Notes: generated by a model not told the origin, from the sequence alone. A stretch of 64,000 nucleotides of DNA from an uncultured Verrucomicrobiae bacterium (GCA_963786175.1 CAWAYD010000008.1:89871-153870), one strand, 5' to 3'. Counted from the stretch's first letter, positions 9,359 through 20,577 are shown. Translations and numbers: made by a program.

Positions 9359-12300
9359 TCAAGACTTCTTCCGAAGCCGCTGTTGGTCGTCCTGATTGTC
9401 GTCGTCTTCGCCGCCACCATATCCCAGGACTTCAACCGTCACGATGGATGTGACCTCTTCCTGCGTTTGGCTGCGCGCTTGCTGGGTTGCTTCATTCGCA
9501 GCGCTGGAAGTGGCGCCGACCGTATTAGAGGCGGAGGTCAGATTAGCTATGTTCGGTGCCACGATAACAGGCGTACCCACGCTGGTTCCAGCCACTTGAA
9601 TGTTATTGGCATTCAAGATCAGCACCGCAGAGATGTTCAAATTCCCTGAGACCCGGATGCCGGCATCACCGGCATCAACCGTCCCGACCGGAGCAACAAG
9701 GTCGACGTCACCCGGCGGTACCCCAACCACGCTTTCAAGCACACCTATGCCACCACCGGTTGCCAGGCCGGCCAGGTCTGTCTGCACGTCGGCACTCTGC
9801 GGGTCGATCAATACCCGGGTCGGCGGCGCAGCCAGGACGGTCTTCGACGCAGCTCCCGCGGCAATGTTACCCTCCGAAGAATAAATAATCTCGTCTCCAC
9901 CACGCAAAGTGAAAATGCGCGAGGTGCCAAGACTAACGTCATTCTTGGCAAAGATAGAAATGCTGCCGCCGTGCTCAGTCAGAATGCCCTGATCTGTGGC
10001 CTGGTTCTGCCCGACATCGAAGCCAACCGTCAGCGCGCCACCCGGCGCAAAGAGATTGATGCCTCCACCGTTCTGAGTCTTGATTTCACGCGAAGTAAGC
10101 GAGATATCTCCCATCCACTCGTCGCCGGGGAATAGCGCGGCAATGGCATTATTTGCCGAGTCAAAATTATTGAAGCCAGGACTGGCGGGATCATTATGGT
10201 CGCGGCCTGCGTCGCGCAGAACAAAGTAAAACACATCCAGCGCGGTCTGGTCCTGTTGTTCAGAAGAGAGTTGGTTGAAAGCAGTCCAGATATCGGCATT
10301 GCTCGAGCCAGTCATACCCAGTAACATACCCGCGTCGGGCAAATAACGCGCAGCCTCGACAGGCGCGGAGTCCGGATTCAGGAATTGTGCTATGAAACTG
10401 CCAAAGCCAACCGCGCTTTGACTTAGTCCTGATGCTCCGCCTATCCCGGCCCCGGCGACAATATCCGCCCCCGTAAAAGGCAGATACGGATTTCGCCCAT
10501 TGCCAATGCTGGTGATACCTAATGCCGTTCCGTCAGGGTTATTATCTCCAATACCCAGGTCGAGGTTTCGTCCGGCCAATACTTCAAGCGTTCCGGGTCC
10601 GCTGATTTGCACGTCGCCGGCCAGGGGCGACTCATCAAAATCGAGCGCATTACCGGGAGCAATCGCTGCCGAGCGCAGGGACGAATTCGGATCATACAGG
10701 ATCATGTCGCGCCCGGCCGCGACCACAGTCACGTCCGACGATTTATTATTCTGAATGTAAAAGGCATCATCGGTTACATCCGCGCCAGATACGATTCGCG
10801 CTGTCTTGGCCGAGAAGAGGGTGAGTCCGGAGATATCGCCGGTTGAGGCGTAGACATGGACTGGGTCAACATCATTGAGGTGAAGCAATCCCGCAGTATG
10901 AAGGGCCTGCTTTGTTTGCAGGACTCCAAAAACTCCTTCGCTCGAGCCCGATTCAGTAAAGTGCTGGTCGAGAAAAGACAGGAAGCCTGTTCCGGTAACG
11001 CTCGCCAATGCAGTGTTCGTGCCCACTACGGCTTGATAGGCAAAGGGCGAAGCTACGCCAGGAATCGAACTTGGATCGGCGTCCGATAGATTAATCGTGC
11101 TCGCCGCCCAGGCCTTGGTATCGACGTCATTGATTGTCGTTTCGCCGTTGATCTGTAAACCATTGATCGCCCCGTTCGCCGCCAGATCCAGCGTGCCGGT
11201 GGCCGAAGGATAAAGACTTGCCCTGAGGTTGAGGTTAATGTCTCCCGCAAAAGCTGTCGCGCGCAACGTCGGCGGCAGTAACTCCGTCGCTGTGAGGAAG
11301 GGGGAAGCATCGGTCTCAGCGCTGGTGAGCCAGGGTTGATAATACGCCGCGGTATCGCCAAGCTCGTCGTTGACAAGCTCGTTTTGTAACCACGCCAGCA
11401 AGACTGAGGTTGTTCCACCGACATCAGACGCAGGAAGAGTAATCGTGTTGCGAAGAGTCAGGTCACCATCGAGCGAAGAAACATTTACCGCGCTTGTCGC
11501 CGCATAGGTCGAAAAGTAGGTCTTATACCAGTAGGTATTTTGCAAGCCGGGGGTCAGCAGAAAAGGATTAACAGTCGGACCAAGCAGAATGTCACCGGTC
11601 GCTTCGACCGTAAAAGTGCCCTTGCCAAGAAACAAAGTCGTTGGCAGCCATGTTTCGGATGGGAACGGATCTTCGTTTGTGATGATCGTTAGCGAAGGCG
11701 AGCGCGTGCTATTGGTATGGATGCTATCTCCGGCAGTTAACGCCCCGGCACCGCGTTCCACGTAGTAAACTCCGCCATCAATATCATGGCCCGCTTGCAC
11801 GATCAGATTGCCACCGCCCAGCTCGACCAGTTTATTCGCGTCGGGAATTCCTTTCGGCGCCCGTGCATTGGTTGGAACCACCGCGTCCACATTACTGACG
11901 TCATGCCCGGCTTTTAAAGTGACATTGCCGCCGCCGAGTGCGCCGATTCCCTCAAAGAAGTTACTGAAATCGATCCACCACGAGGTTGACGCGACGTCTC
12001 CAAAGAGGCCGAGACCAAACTCACCGCTCGCGGGATCCACGTAACCGCGGCGATCGAGCCAACTCACTGGTAACTCTCGCTCTGAATCAGGAATCAAGTT
12101 TCCATTAATATCCTGAGTCAGGTGGACGATGTCATTTTGGGCAACGACCGTCACATTGCCGCCACCGACGCTGTATTGTGCCGGATAAACAGCGAAAAAC
12201 CCATCCGGATCCGAAAACACTTTCGGCGTATCAAATTCCCCGCCGAGAGTAGGATCACTCACCTGGCTACCGGCAGTGTAAATGGTAGCGAACTGATTGA

Positions 12301-15300
12301 GCAGCTGTAGATCCCGCCCAACTGACACGTCGATATCTCCGGTTCCGGTGCGAATGACCTGGTAGTGACCTTCCAAGGCTGAGTCGGAGCTAGTCGAGCC
12401 AGGAGGATTAGCGATATTGCTTCCGCCGTCCACGCCAATCAGCAATGAGCCCGCGGTATCGCCCAGGTTCGTCAGCGGCTGTAACCGCCGAAAATCAGCC
12501 GCGCCAAAGTCTGCCCCAGTGGTAATACGAAATGACCATGACTCCTGTGTCGTCCCATCCGCAAATTTTGGCAGGAGAGTTTCCTTCCATGGTGCGAAGT
12601 TACCGGAATCATCGAAGGGGAGGTCGCCCCCGCTGTCACCGAAACCGTCAGTCAGGCTACCGTTAAGAGTGATCGATCCGCTTGCTCTTAGCGTCAGGAT
12701 TCCTGGTTCCACACCGGCGAAGATCTGGTTGCCGGAGTAATCATAAAGAAAGTTATTGTTGTTATCGACGACCGCCTTGACTGTGCCAAAGCGCCAGGTG
12801 GAGAGATCCCAGTCATTGTTCAAGACGAGGTCACCTTGCGAGTTATCGATTTCTTCACCGGGTCTGACATGGAAGGCGGATGCGAGGCCTGGGTTATTCG
12901 CCAGGAGGCGCCCTTGAATCGAAGCGGCACTTCCCTCGAAGGCATTGGCATTTGCCAGTGCGGCCGGTTCGAAGTCATCTATCGTCGCCACGCCCGGCGT
13001 TGCAGCATCCTGAACGAAGAAACCTTCCGCGACGATGCTGCCGGCATTCCTGACAGAACCAGCTATCGGATCAATCGCGAGATCGGTCGCATTCGAATTC
13101 TGAGGTGCACGCAGATGCAGCGTTCCGCCGGTGCCATTTGCGATCGAGAGGTCAATCGTCGAATTGGCGGCTAGACTTACCGTGCCATGAGTAGTTTCGA
13201 GTGAGATAGCGCCGCCCTCGCCCGCCGCGTCGAGCTGCTGCCCAGCTGCCGTAAGCAAAGATCCAGATGAAAGGGTTACATTACCGTATGCTTCGAGATC
13301 GATAGTACCGCCTTCCACTCCCGACGCGTCTACCGTCCCAACTACGGTGATGGATCCCGCATCAGCTGAAAGATTAAAGGAGTGCACGGACGTCTCACCG
13401 TCGACCATTACATCACCACTGCGAACGCGGATGGAGCGCGCGAGTGAAAACGATCCCGCATCCAGATAGCGGTCGAGCGGTGCGAGCGTGGCCAGGACTC
13501 CAGTGTCGAGCGAGAAGCTGCCGCCCTGTCCGCCTTCTCCGCCCTGACCAATAAGGGTTCCGCCTGGAAAAAGGAAACGTGTCGGGGCACTAATCGCCAG
13601 CGAGCCGGCATTGCCACCGCCCGGTTGTGCGGCCACATCAATAATACTTCCGGGCGGGAAAAAAACATAGCCAAGATCCGAGGTAAGACTTACTGCTCCG
13701 CCGTTCGTATACTTGGTTAAATCAAAAAAGCTTTGCGCCGTGCCGGAGACATCGATTGTCCCGCCGGCCAGCACATTGCCGCTGGTCGCATGCAAGTTCA
13801 CAACGCCGCTTGGGAGTCGGATAATGCCATCAGCGGTCACATTCGCTCCGGTCAAAGTCAGGCTGGCTCCAAGGCCACTCACCAGGGATGTATTAGCTGG
13901 CGCCGCGGATGGCGACATGGTCAAGTCGCCTCCAGCCGAAATGCTCTGGGACGCACCGCCCATCCCGGTTATCAACGGCGCAGTGATGCTCACATTTCCC
14001 TGACTCGTTAAGCCACCGAGATCCTCCATCAACACGCCGCTCGCGGCCGCCAGATTCAGGTTGCTATATTGATCCACGGCCAGCTGATTTGCGCCGATGG
14101 TAATCGTATCGCCAGCAAACACGAGACCGCCAGCGGGACCGGAAACAGCTCCAACGGGAGCGCCGTTTGCGGAGTTATCAAGAACGATATCCTTCGCTCG
14201 AAAGAACACCGTTCCCCCGAGGTTGTTGAAGCCGCGAATTTCGGCCGCGTGCAGCGCCAGGCTCGCCAGCGCAGGTTGTCCGTTGGAATTGAGTGCGCCT
14301 ACTTCTCCGATGCCATAGATATCGAAGGATGAATAGCTCAACAAGGAGAGCGTCTGGGCTGAGGCTTCGATATTTTGTAAGACAGACGAATAGAGGGTCA
14401 GGCCAGAACCGGCATTCAACTCTCCCGGATTCGAAAGAACGAGACTGATTTGTCCGCTATTCAGTGCAACACTGTTCCCAGTTAGCTTGGCGCTCGGCTC
14501 TATTCGCATTGCACTGCTCGAATCAAGAATAATCGATTCCCCGGCCAGATGCGCATTTTCGGCGACGATCAGGTTGGAGGTTGCAGAAGAATCGACTCCA
14601 CTGCGCATGATCTGTGCAGTTGGGTCACTGGAGACGCGGAGCAGCGCACCATTGCCACTTCCCGCTGTGGTGTCATCACCTAACAATAAGGTCTCGGCCG
14701 GAGCCGCAAGTGTGCCCACCTGGTCAATTTCAGAGCGTGGATCAACAGCTACGCTGTTATTTGCCACGAGGATCAGATCAGGGCCGGTTAACGGCGAGCC
14801 ATAGTTATCCACCACAACGTTTCCCGTCGTCACCGTGACCAACGATCCGTCGGAATTGGATTGCCTGAACCCTCCAACGAGTAAACTATCCGCTCCGAAG
14901 GTACTGAGTTCGTGTGGATCGAGTCTCAGGACACCCGGCTCACCGTCGTTAGGTGAAATCAGAATGTCACTCGGACTTGAGATATCCACCAGGCCACCAA
15001 GACCTCCGGCCGGCGCTTGGGAAGTGACTCTGCCGTTGAGATTCATCGTGCTGGTGGCGGCCAGCACCAGTTCCCCGGAATCAACCGGGAGGCGCGGTAC
15101 GGGAAGATCATGTGAATCCGCGCCTTGAAAAAGAAAGTCGTTAGCCGAAAAAGTCTGATAGGTGGCACGAGATTGCACCACCGCCTGGGGCGCAATTTCA
15201 AAGAGAGCGTTGAGGGGTTGTGTTGGTCGCAAGCCGCCCAGGTCGTTAAAGCGATAGCCGGAAGCGATACTTGAACCGTCCAGTTGCAACGTACTCGCTG

Positions 15301-17182
15301 CCGGCGCGCCCTCCTGGGGCGTAATCAAAAACGCTCCCGGTAACAGCGCGTAGCGCGCTGGTAATAGTGTATAGCTCCCCGCGGCAAGGCCACTGCCGGC
15401 ATTAAGATATACCTGGTCACCGACAGATAGCGCCGTATTGGAATAGAGAGGATCAAAAGGAACATAGTCAAACTGATATCCGGGAATCACGGCGAAGCTT
15501 GACGATGAGCCGAGGATATCTACTGTGCCACCTACGCCCGGGACAAACCTATATGTGAGCAGATCGCCCCCTCCCCGCAGATCAATCGATGAGTTGGCCT
15601 GGTCGTCAACATTCACCGCGGCGATGTTTATGACCTTACCGGGCACGCCCCCGGTGGTAATATCGATGCCAGCCGGATCGATCCACGATGTACCATGCGG
15701 GTTGGTGCCGTAAGGTACGAGCAAGGACTGACCGGTCACAGGATCGACCGCTGAAGCCGAGCTCACACTGCTCCCGCCCACCGTGAGCCGTTGCGTCGCG
15801 GCAAAGGGTTGATTCGAAATCGGATCTATGGGCGACGGCGCGAGAACGCCATCACCGATATTGATCTGGCCGAGTGGCGCCCGCAAAACGCCGTCCTGGT
15901 TGATGATTGCAGCATAGAGATTCAGCTCGCCGCCAGCTGAAAGCGGCAGTGGGCGACTGCCGGAACCCTGAATACTAACCGAGCCAGGATAGGTTATGCC
16001 GTCGAAAACATAGTTATCGGCTGAGATATTGAACGTGACCGCAGTCGGCGGATAGATCTGCCCGGCAGTCAGCGAGATGACTCCCGCAACGTCCAAAGTG
16101 CCATCGCCGCGAATGTCGCCATCGGCTGCAATAAAGTTGGCTGTGCCAATATTCTGGAGCGCGAGGTTTCCTATGTCGATAAGTCCACCATGAACGTTCA
16201 GCACGCCTGTCCCGGTAGTCGGCGACAAGTAAAACGGCTGCCCAGCCACGGTAAAGGGCGGCACCGGGGCTTGTGGAGACATGGGAGGTTGAAACGAAGT
16301 ACCCAATGCCACATAAGGCGCGTCCAGATTGACAGCCTTATCGGCATAGATCACTCCGCTCGTCCCAAGCGTCAGCTGCCGATTGGCCGTTAGCGTTACC
16401 CGACCCGAAAAATCTATCGTTCCCTTAATTGTAACGGAATCGAAATTATGGCTCTTCAGAGTACTGGCCGCGAAATGACCCAGACCGTCGGTGGGTTGCC
16501 CTTTTGCGTTCAAGACAGGACGACCGATCGCGCTCGAACCTGGTGGTAACACAGCCGGCATAGTAGGTCCGGCTTGTGTTATCATCATCGTAACATCCAA
16601 GGGCGTTGGCGGAGTCGCCGTATCTGGCAGATAAAATCGCCCGGAGGAAATCGTAAGGTCACCGCCTATGGCTGACGACCCGCCAGCCGCACCAAGTAGT
16701 GTTGAATCGATAAACAACTCCTGGCCACCACTGAAGCTGATCGAGCCGCCGTTACTTTGGACGACGGTTGCGACGACCGGGCTCGATCCTGGGCTATCGC
16801 TCGGGGCAACGCTGCTGTATTCCGGAGCAAGATCGAGAATCCCACTCGTACCCGAAACATCCAGTAGTGCTCCTGCTTGCGCTACGATATTCCCGGAGAC
16901 AGCTATCGAACCGCCGGGCAAGACAGATCCGGTCCGAAAACCTAGCGGATTCGGTGTTAGAAGAGTCGTACCCGCGACCGACAAAACGCTCCCCGCCGCG
17001 AGGTCAACCGTTGGTAAGGCCATCGATTGGTCGGTGAAGAGCAGGCTCGAATTTGTGGCGCCGCTAATCGTAATGCTGCCGCCTGGAGCTGTGATGGACC
17101 CGAACACCGCTACGGTATCGCCGCTCAAGGACACACTACCGTTCGCGCCCGGCGATAGCGAACTTCCAAGTCCCACTACCAC
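9359..17182 (-). CDS. filamentous haemagglutinin-family exoprotein TpsA, C-terminal 2,607-aa segment (downstream of the frameshift)
   Basis: Gly/Ser/Thr/Asn/Val-rich beta-helix-type repeats throughout. The frame stays open upstream of the annotated start and reads ...TFNGNLISRGDVVVGLGSS, continuing the upstream ORF. The C-terminus is ...VEVLGYGGGEDDDNQDDQQRLRKKS. No VENN/pretoxin motif seen. Confidence 0.85.
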   Translation of the reverse strand: MVVGLGSSLSPGANGSVSLSGDTVAVFGSITAPGGSITISGATNSSLLFTDQSMALPTVDLAAGSVLSVAGTTLLTPNPLGFRTGSVLPGGSIAVSGNIVAQAGALLDVSGTSGILDLAPEYSSVAPSDSPGSSPVVATVVQSNGGSISFSGGQELFIDSTLLGAAGGSSAIGGDLTISSGRFYLPDTATPPTPLDVTMMITQAGPTMPAVLPPGSSAIGRPVLNAKGQPTDGLGHFAASTLKSHNFDSVTIKGTIDFSGRVTLTANRQLTLGTSGVIYADKAVNLDAPYVALGTSFQPPMSPQAPVPPFTVAGQPFYLSPTTGTGVLNVHGGLIDIGNLALQNIGTANFIAADGDIRGDGTLDVAGVISLTAGQIYPPTAVTFNISADNYVFDGITYPGSVSIQGSGSRPLPLSAGGELNLYAAIINQDGVLRAPLGQINIGDGVLAPSPIDPISNQPFAATQRLTVGGSSVSSASAVDPVTGQSLLVPYGTNPHGTSWIDPAGIDITTGGVPGKVINIAAVNVDDQANSSIDLRGGGDLLTYRFVPGVGGTVDILGSSSSFAVIPGYQFDYVPFDPLYSNTALSVGDQVYLNAGSGLAAGSYTLLPARYALLPGAFLITPQEGAPAASTLQLDGSSIASGYRFNDLGGLRPTQPLNALFEIAPQAVVQSRATYQTFSANDFLFQGADSHDLPVPRLPVDSGELVLAATSTMNLNGRVTSQAPAGGLGGLVDISSPSDILISPNDGEPGVLRLDPHELSTFGADSLLVGGFRQSNSDGSLVTVTTGNVVVDNYGSPLTGPDLILVANNSVAVDPRSEIDQVGTLAAPAETLLLGDDTTAGSGNGALLRVSSDPTAQIMRSGVDSSATSNLIVAENAHLAGESIILDSSSAMRIEPSAKLTGNSVALNSGQISLVLSNPGELNAGSGLTLYSSVLQNIEASAQTLSLLSYSSFDIYGIGEVGALNSNGQPALASLALHAAEIRGFNNLGGTVFFRAKDIVLDNSANGAPVGAVSGPAGGLVFAGDTITIGANQLAVDQYSNLNLAAASGVLMEDLGGLTSQGNVSITAPLITGMGGASQSISAGGDLTMSPSAAPANTSLVSGLGASLTLTGANVTADGIIRLPSGVVNLHATSGNVLAGGTIDVSGTAQSFFDLTKYTNGGAVSLTSDLGYVFFPPGSIIDVAAQPGGGNAGSLAISAPTRFLFPGGTLIGQGGEGGQGGSFSLDTGVLATLAPLDRYLDAGSFSLARSIRVRSGDVMVDGETSVHSFNLSADAGSITVVGTVDASGVEGGTIDLEAYGNVTLSSGSLLTAAGQQLDAAGEGGAISLETTHGTVSLAANSTIDLSIANGTGGTLHLRAPQNSNATDLAIDPIAGSVRNAGSIVAEGFFVQDAATPGVATIDDFEPAALANANAFEGSAASIQGRLLANNPGLASAFHVRPGEEIDNSQGDLVLNNDWDLSTWRFGTVKAVVDNNNNFLYDYSGNQIFAGVEPGILTLRASGSITLNGSLTDGFGDSGGDLPFDDSGNFAPWKETLLPKFADGTTQESWSFRITTGADFGAADFRRLQPLTNLGDTAGSLLIGVDGGSNIANPPGSTSSDSALEGHYQVIRTGTGDIDVSVGRDLQLLNQFATIYTAGSQVSDPTLGGEFDTPKVFSDPDGFFAVYPAQYSVGGGNVTVVAQNDIVHLTQDINGNLIPDSERELPVSWLDRRGYVDPASGEFGLGLFGDVASTSWWIDFSNFFEGIGALGGGNVTLKAGHDVSNVDAVVPTNARAPKGIPDANKLVELGGGNLIVQAGHDIDGGVYYVERGAGALTAGDSIHTNSTRSPSLTIITNEDPFPSETWLPTTLFLGKGTFTVEATGDILLGPTVNPFLLTPGLQNTYWYKTYFSTYAATSAVNVSSLDGDLTLRNTITLPASDVGGTTSVLLAWLQNELVNDELGDTAAYYQPWLTSAETDASPFLTATELLPPTLRATAFAGDINLNLRASLYPSATGTLDLAANGAINGLQINGETTINDVDTKAWAASTINLSDADPSSIPGVASPFAYQAVVGTNTALASVTGTGFLSFLDQHFTESGSSEGVFGVLQTKQALHTAGLLHLNDVDPVHVYASTGDISGLTLFSAKTARIVSGADVTDDAFYIQNNKSSDVTVVAAGRDMILYDPNSSLRSAAIAPGNALDFDESPLAGDVQISGPGTLEVLAGRNLDLGIGDNNPDGTALGITSIGNGRNPYLPFTGADIVAGAGIGGASGLSQSAVGFGSFIAQFLNPDSAPVEAARYLPDAGMLLGMTGSSNADIWTAFNQLSSEQQDQTALDVFYFVLRDAGRDHNDPASPGFNNFDSANNAIAALFPGDEWMGDISLTSREIKTQNGGGINLFAPGGALTVGFDVGQNQATDQGILTEHGGSISIFAKNDVSLGTSRIFTLRGGDEIIYSSEGNIAAGAASKTVLAAPPTRVLIDPQSADVQTDLAGLATGGGIGVLESVVGVPPGDVDLVAPVGTVDAGDAGIRVSGNLNISAVLILNANNIQVAGTSVGTPVIVAPNIANLTSASNTVGATSSAANEATQQARSQTQEEVTSIVTVEVLGYGGGEDDDNQDDQQRLRKKS

Positions 17183-20100
17183 ATCTCCGCGACTGATAAG
17201 GTTGCCATTAAAAGTGTCTGTACTCCGGGCGCATTGAATGTGAGACTCGCCGGAGCCCGAAGCGCCTCCGGCAAGACGGTCGGAGTTAGACTCACAGGAC
17301 CATTGTCCCCGCTGAAAAGCCAGCTTTGCACCACCGGTGAAATAACGGTGTTATGCGTGATCTCGATTCCCGGAATATACTGGCCTGCTTGATCAGCGGC
17401 CTTGCCGATACCAGTCAGAGTGAAATTACTGAACCCACCACTGTTAAAGAAAGCGGGCTGCACCGTTAACGTGTCTGTCTGCGCCGGTTGACCACCGATC
17501 TGAATAAGCGGTGCGAGGATGGAGAGAGAGCCGCCTTGCTGACTTCCCGCGTAGCCCCGTAAGGTTGATCCGAGTTGGAGATGACCGCCAAGTATGGAAG
17601 GGACATTTGGATCCTGGCCCGCCGTAATCGCAATGCTCCCACCATCGCCAAAATCAGGCTTATTAAACGCCGTCACCTCTACGCCGCCGGAAACGTCGAT
17701 GCTGCTGCCCGTTTTCAAAACAGTGTTATAACTATTGATCGTGACAGCACCACCATTGGTCACGACTGGCGCTGTGTCTGGTGTCATGGTGACAAGCCGG
17801 TCATCAATAATCAGGCCAGCCACGTTGAGCGCTGCCGTGCTGCCAAGCGTAAAATGACCCCTGGTCGCATCCGCCGGTGGTGTTTGCGCGCCCTGAATCA
17901 CCTTCAACATCGCTAACTCGTAAGGAGAAAAATCGTAAGCCGAAAGGCTTAGATTCCCGCCCGGCGACGAAACCTGGCCTTCCACGTCAACATTGGCTCC
18001 CTGAAGGGTAATCGAGCCACTGGGTAAGGTAGTCAGCTTTATGTTCGCCGGGACGACGATATCGCCATCGCTGTTGTTAACGGTCAGGTTTCCAAATCCA
18101 TCCTCATTCACCAGCTCCGGCGAAAGGACGACGTCGTTCCGGCGATCGTCCCCCAAAGGTAAAGGCTTCCCGTAAAGATCGAGACCAAAAGGGTCAGCGG
18201 ACGCCAGGGTGGAGACGCCGTCGAATGTGACTTTCGGCGGGGTTGGCGAAAACTCCTGGAAAAGTGGGCTGATCGGCTGCTGGGCCGCGAAAGTTAGGAA
18301 CAAATTACTTGGAGCGGGAGCGGTGGCTTGCAGACGCGGTCCCAATACCGTGCTACCCAGCAAATTCCCGTCCAGCGCAACCCCAGGGGCGCTGAGTGAG
18401 ATTGTGCCGCCGTTTCCTCCTTGAGTATAGCCAGGCTCAAAGTGGCTGTTAGTCCCGAGCGGATTACCCATCGTTTCCACGATCCCCCACTTTGGATGAA
18501 CCTCCTGAAATCCCGAGTAGATACCATCGTAGACGCGGTCCGGCGTAGCTTGTGATATATCATAGATCCGTCCGTCCGACGTGACCTGTGTAGTCTGGAT
18601 AAGACCGCCCTGGTAATCGATCCAACCTCCGGAAACATCTATCTTGGAACCGGGTTGCATGACTACCGACTCTCCAGCAGTGAGACTGACAGTGCCGCCG
18701 CCGATGGTCAGCTGCCCAACGTTACGCTGGATAAGATTTACATAGCCGGATACGTCGGCCACAGGTGTTCCAATCCAGGTGTAGCCTCCCTGCCCGTTGT
18801 TCAACGTAGGATCCCACGGTCCATGCTGCCGAATGTCAACCTGGATCGTCTGGCCCCGGAGAGGACCATTGCGTTGCAGGGGAGAATCGGCCAATTCCGG
18901 CCCGAGCAGTTGCGCTGAGATAATGTTATCGGTTACTGAGGCGGTAACATCGCGTGATCCTGAAACATCGATCAGCGCCCCGGGATCGAAGTAGATTTGG
19001 CCCTCGGAGTGAGTGAAAGAATAGCCCGCTGGATAGGAAATCCAAGTGCCGGCATCCATGGTTACATTAGCGCTTGGTGCAACGAGGAGCGCGTTATCCG
19101 CCAGATGGATCGCCTCTCCCTGAAGATTAGCCTGGGATGGAAGCGCCAGTTGAGTTCCGACGACGGTTTCACTGCTCGACACCTCGGGGAGAATCTGAGT
19201 CACGCTTCCAGAGCCCAGCGTGATGGTACCGGAAATGGAAGGATTGAAATGAGGCACGCCCACAACGAGCGAGACAACCGTGTTGTAATCAGCCAGGAGA
19301 TCAATGCGGCCGTTAAGTGCTACGGAGGTACTACTATCAATGATCCCCAGTTGATTCAGATTCTTACCGACCATGGTTACGTCGGCGCGCGGAGCCTCTA
19401 GTAAGCCGCCGTTCGTCACTGTGCCGCTGACCGGATCGACTGCGCCCACAAACACGTCAAGTCCGCGCAGGCTTGGATCCGTCGTCGCGTGTGCTGCAAA
19501 TCCCACCTGTTGTCCGGCAGCGAGAATCGTTTGCCCGTCCGGTGTGGAAATCGTTCCGTCATTAGTCACGTTAGGTCCAACCAGGGCGATACGTCCGCCC
19601 ACATGGTCCGGTGTCGTCGGACTCGATAATGTCGCACCTGCCTGCACGATGACATCGCCAATCCTGCCCCCAGGCGTATTCGGCGGCGGAGGCGGAGTAA
19701 AGGCAGGCATCGTTCCACCATTGGGTAGAATGGGAATCGCAAGAGCCGAAAAAAGGAATTGGTCGTCGGGATTATTGAGCAGTCCCCGATCAACCAGGTT
19801 GATATTGATCGGAAGAGACGAAGCGACTAACGAATGAAGGTTAACTTGTGATGAGCCACCGAACATGATCCCGTTTTGATTAATCAGGTAAACCTGCCCA
19901 AGTGCGTTGATCGAACCAAGGATTTGGGAGGGCACTCCGAGCGGATCATTTATGGTATTAAAGGCAATCCACTGACTTGCGTTTGCGCCACCGGCGCTTT
20001 GATCAAACGTGACCGACGTATCTTTTCCGACATTGAAAGTCTGCCAATTCAAAAGGGCTTGTTGCGCGGTCTGTTTAATGTCTACGTTAGTCAGTCCGTT

Positions 20101-20577
20101 AGTGACAGACTGCGCGGGCAAAGTCGCACCGGTCCAGAGACTTGGATCCTCGTTTGTAGTAGGATGTGCCAGGTTTTTGGGCACTCCGGGAGCGACCTGT
20201 AGCCCTCCAGGCACAAGGCCGTTCGGAACATTGGGCAATCGCAACCCGGGATGATTTGGGTCAAGCCCCAGGTTGGGCGGTCCATTGCGCGCCAGGTTAC
20301 GGGCAGCCGTTTGCATCGCCTGAACCGCCTGCAATGCTTGTGTGGTCCGCGCTAGTGAGTCACTTGGGTGGGTACCGGAAGATAATGCCGCGGCCGGGCT
20401 AGTAGTTCGGGAGGAACCCGCAGCTGGTGCGCCACTTACCATCCCTCCACGAAGGATATCGCCTGCCTCCGTTGTCAGGTTAAGGCCGATGATCAGGCAG
20501 GAAGTGAGAATGAGCGCAAAGAAGTGCCGCATCCCTGATTTCCATTCCCACTTCGAGTTGTAGATCTGTAGAGCCAT
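17176..20577 (-). CDS. TpsA N-terminal 1,133-aa segment with signal peptide and TPS (haemagglutination activity) secretion domain
   Basis: MRHFFALILTSCLIIGLNL signal. TPS-domain hallmarks ALLNWQTFNVGKDTSVTFDQ...ILGSINALGQVYLINQNGIMFGGSSQVN (NPNGI-like box). The segment ends 7 nt inside the next ORF. Confidence 0.9.
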   Translation of the reverse strand: MALQIYNSKWEWKSGMRHFFALILTSCLIIGLNLTTEAGDILRGGMVSGAPAAGSSRTTSPAAALSSGTHPSDSLARTTQALQAVQAMQTAARNLARNGPPNLGLDPNHPGLRLPNVPNGLVPGGLQVAPGVPKNLAHPTTNEDPSLWTGATLPAQSVTNGLTNVDIKQTAQQALLNWQTFNVGKDTSVTFDQSAGGANASQWIAFNTINDPLGVPSQILGSINALGQVYLINQNGIMFGGSSQVNLHSLVASSLPININLVDRGLLNNPDDQFLFSALAIPILPNGGTMPAFTPPPPPNTPGGRIGDVIVQAGATLSSPTTPDHVGGRIALVGPNVTNDGTISTPDGQTILAAGQQVGFAAHATTDPSLRGLDVFVGAVDPVSGTVTNGGLLEAPRADVTMVGKNLNQLGIIDSSTSVALNGRIDLLADYNTVVSLVVGVPHFNPSISGTITLGSGSVTQILPEVSSSETVVGTQLALPSQANLQGEAIHLADNALLVAPSANVTMDAGTWISYPAGYSFTHSEGQIYFDPGALIDVSGSRDVTASVTDNIISAQLLGPELADSPLQRNGPLRGQTIQVDIRQHGPWDPTLNNGQGGYTWIGTPVADVSGYVNLIQRNVGQLTIGGGTVSLTAGESVVMQPGSKIDVSGGWIDYQGGLIQTTQVTSDGRIYDISQATPDRVYDGIYSGFQEVHPKWGIVETMGNPLGTNSHFEPGYTQGGNGGTISLSAPGVALDGNLLGSTVLGPRLQATAPAPSNLFLTFAAQQPISPLFQEFSPTPPKVTFDGVSTLASADPFGLDLYGKPLPLGDDRRNDVVLSPELVNEDGFGNLTVNNSDGDIVVPANIKLTTLPSGSITLQGANVDVEGQVSSPGGNLSLSAYDFSPYELAMLKVIQGAQTPPADATRGHFTLGSTAALNVAGLIIDDRLVTMTPDTAPVVTNGGAVTINSYNTVLKTGSSIDVSGGVEVTAFNKPDFGDGGSIAITAGQDPNVPSILGGHLQLGSTLRGYAGSQQGGSLSILAPLIQIGGQPAQTDTLTVQPAFFNSGGFSNFTLTGIGKAADQAGQYIPGIEITHNTVISPVVQSWLFSGDNGPVSLTPTVLPEALRAPASLTFNAPGVQTLLMATLSVAEMW

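Noticed and set aside
17176-17240. Programmed -1 ribosomal frameshifting as the explanation for the split tpsA.
   Set aside because: There is no X_XXY_YYZ slippery heptamer and no obvious downstream structure. A 1-nt indel in a homopolymer is simpler. It is kept only as a minor alternative.
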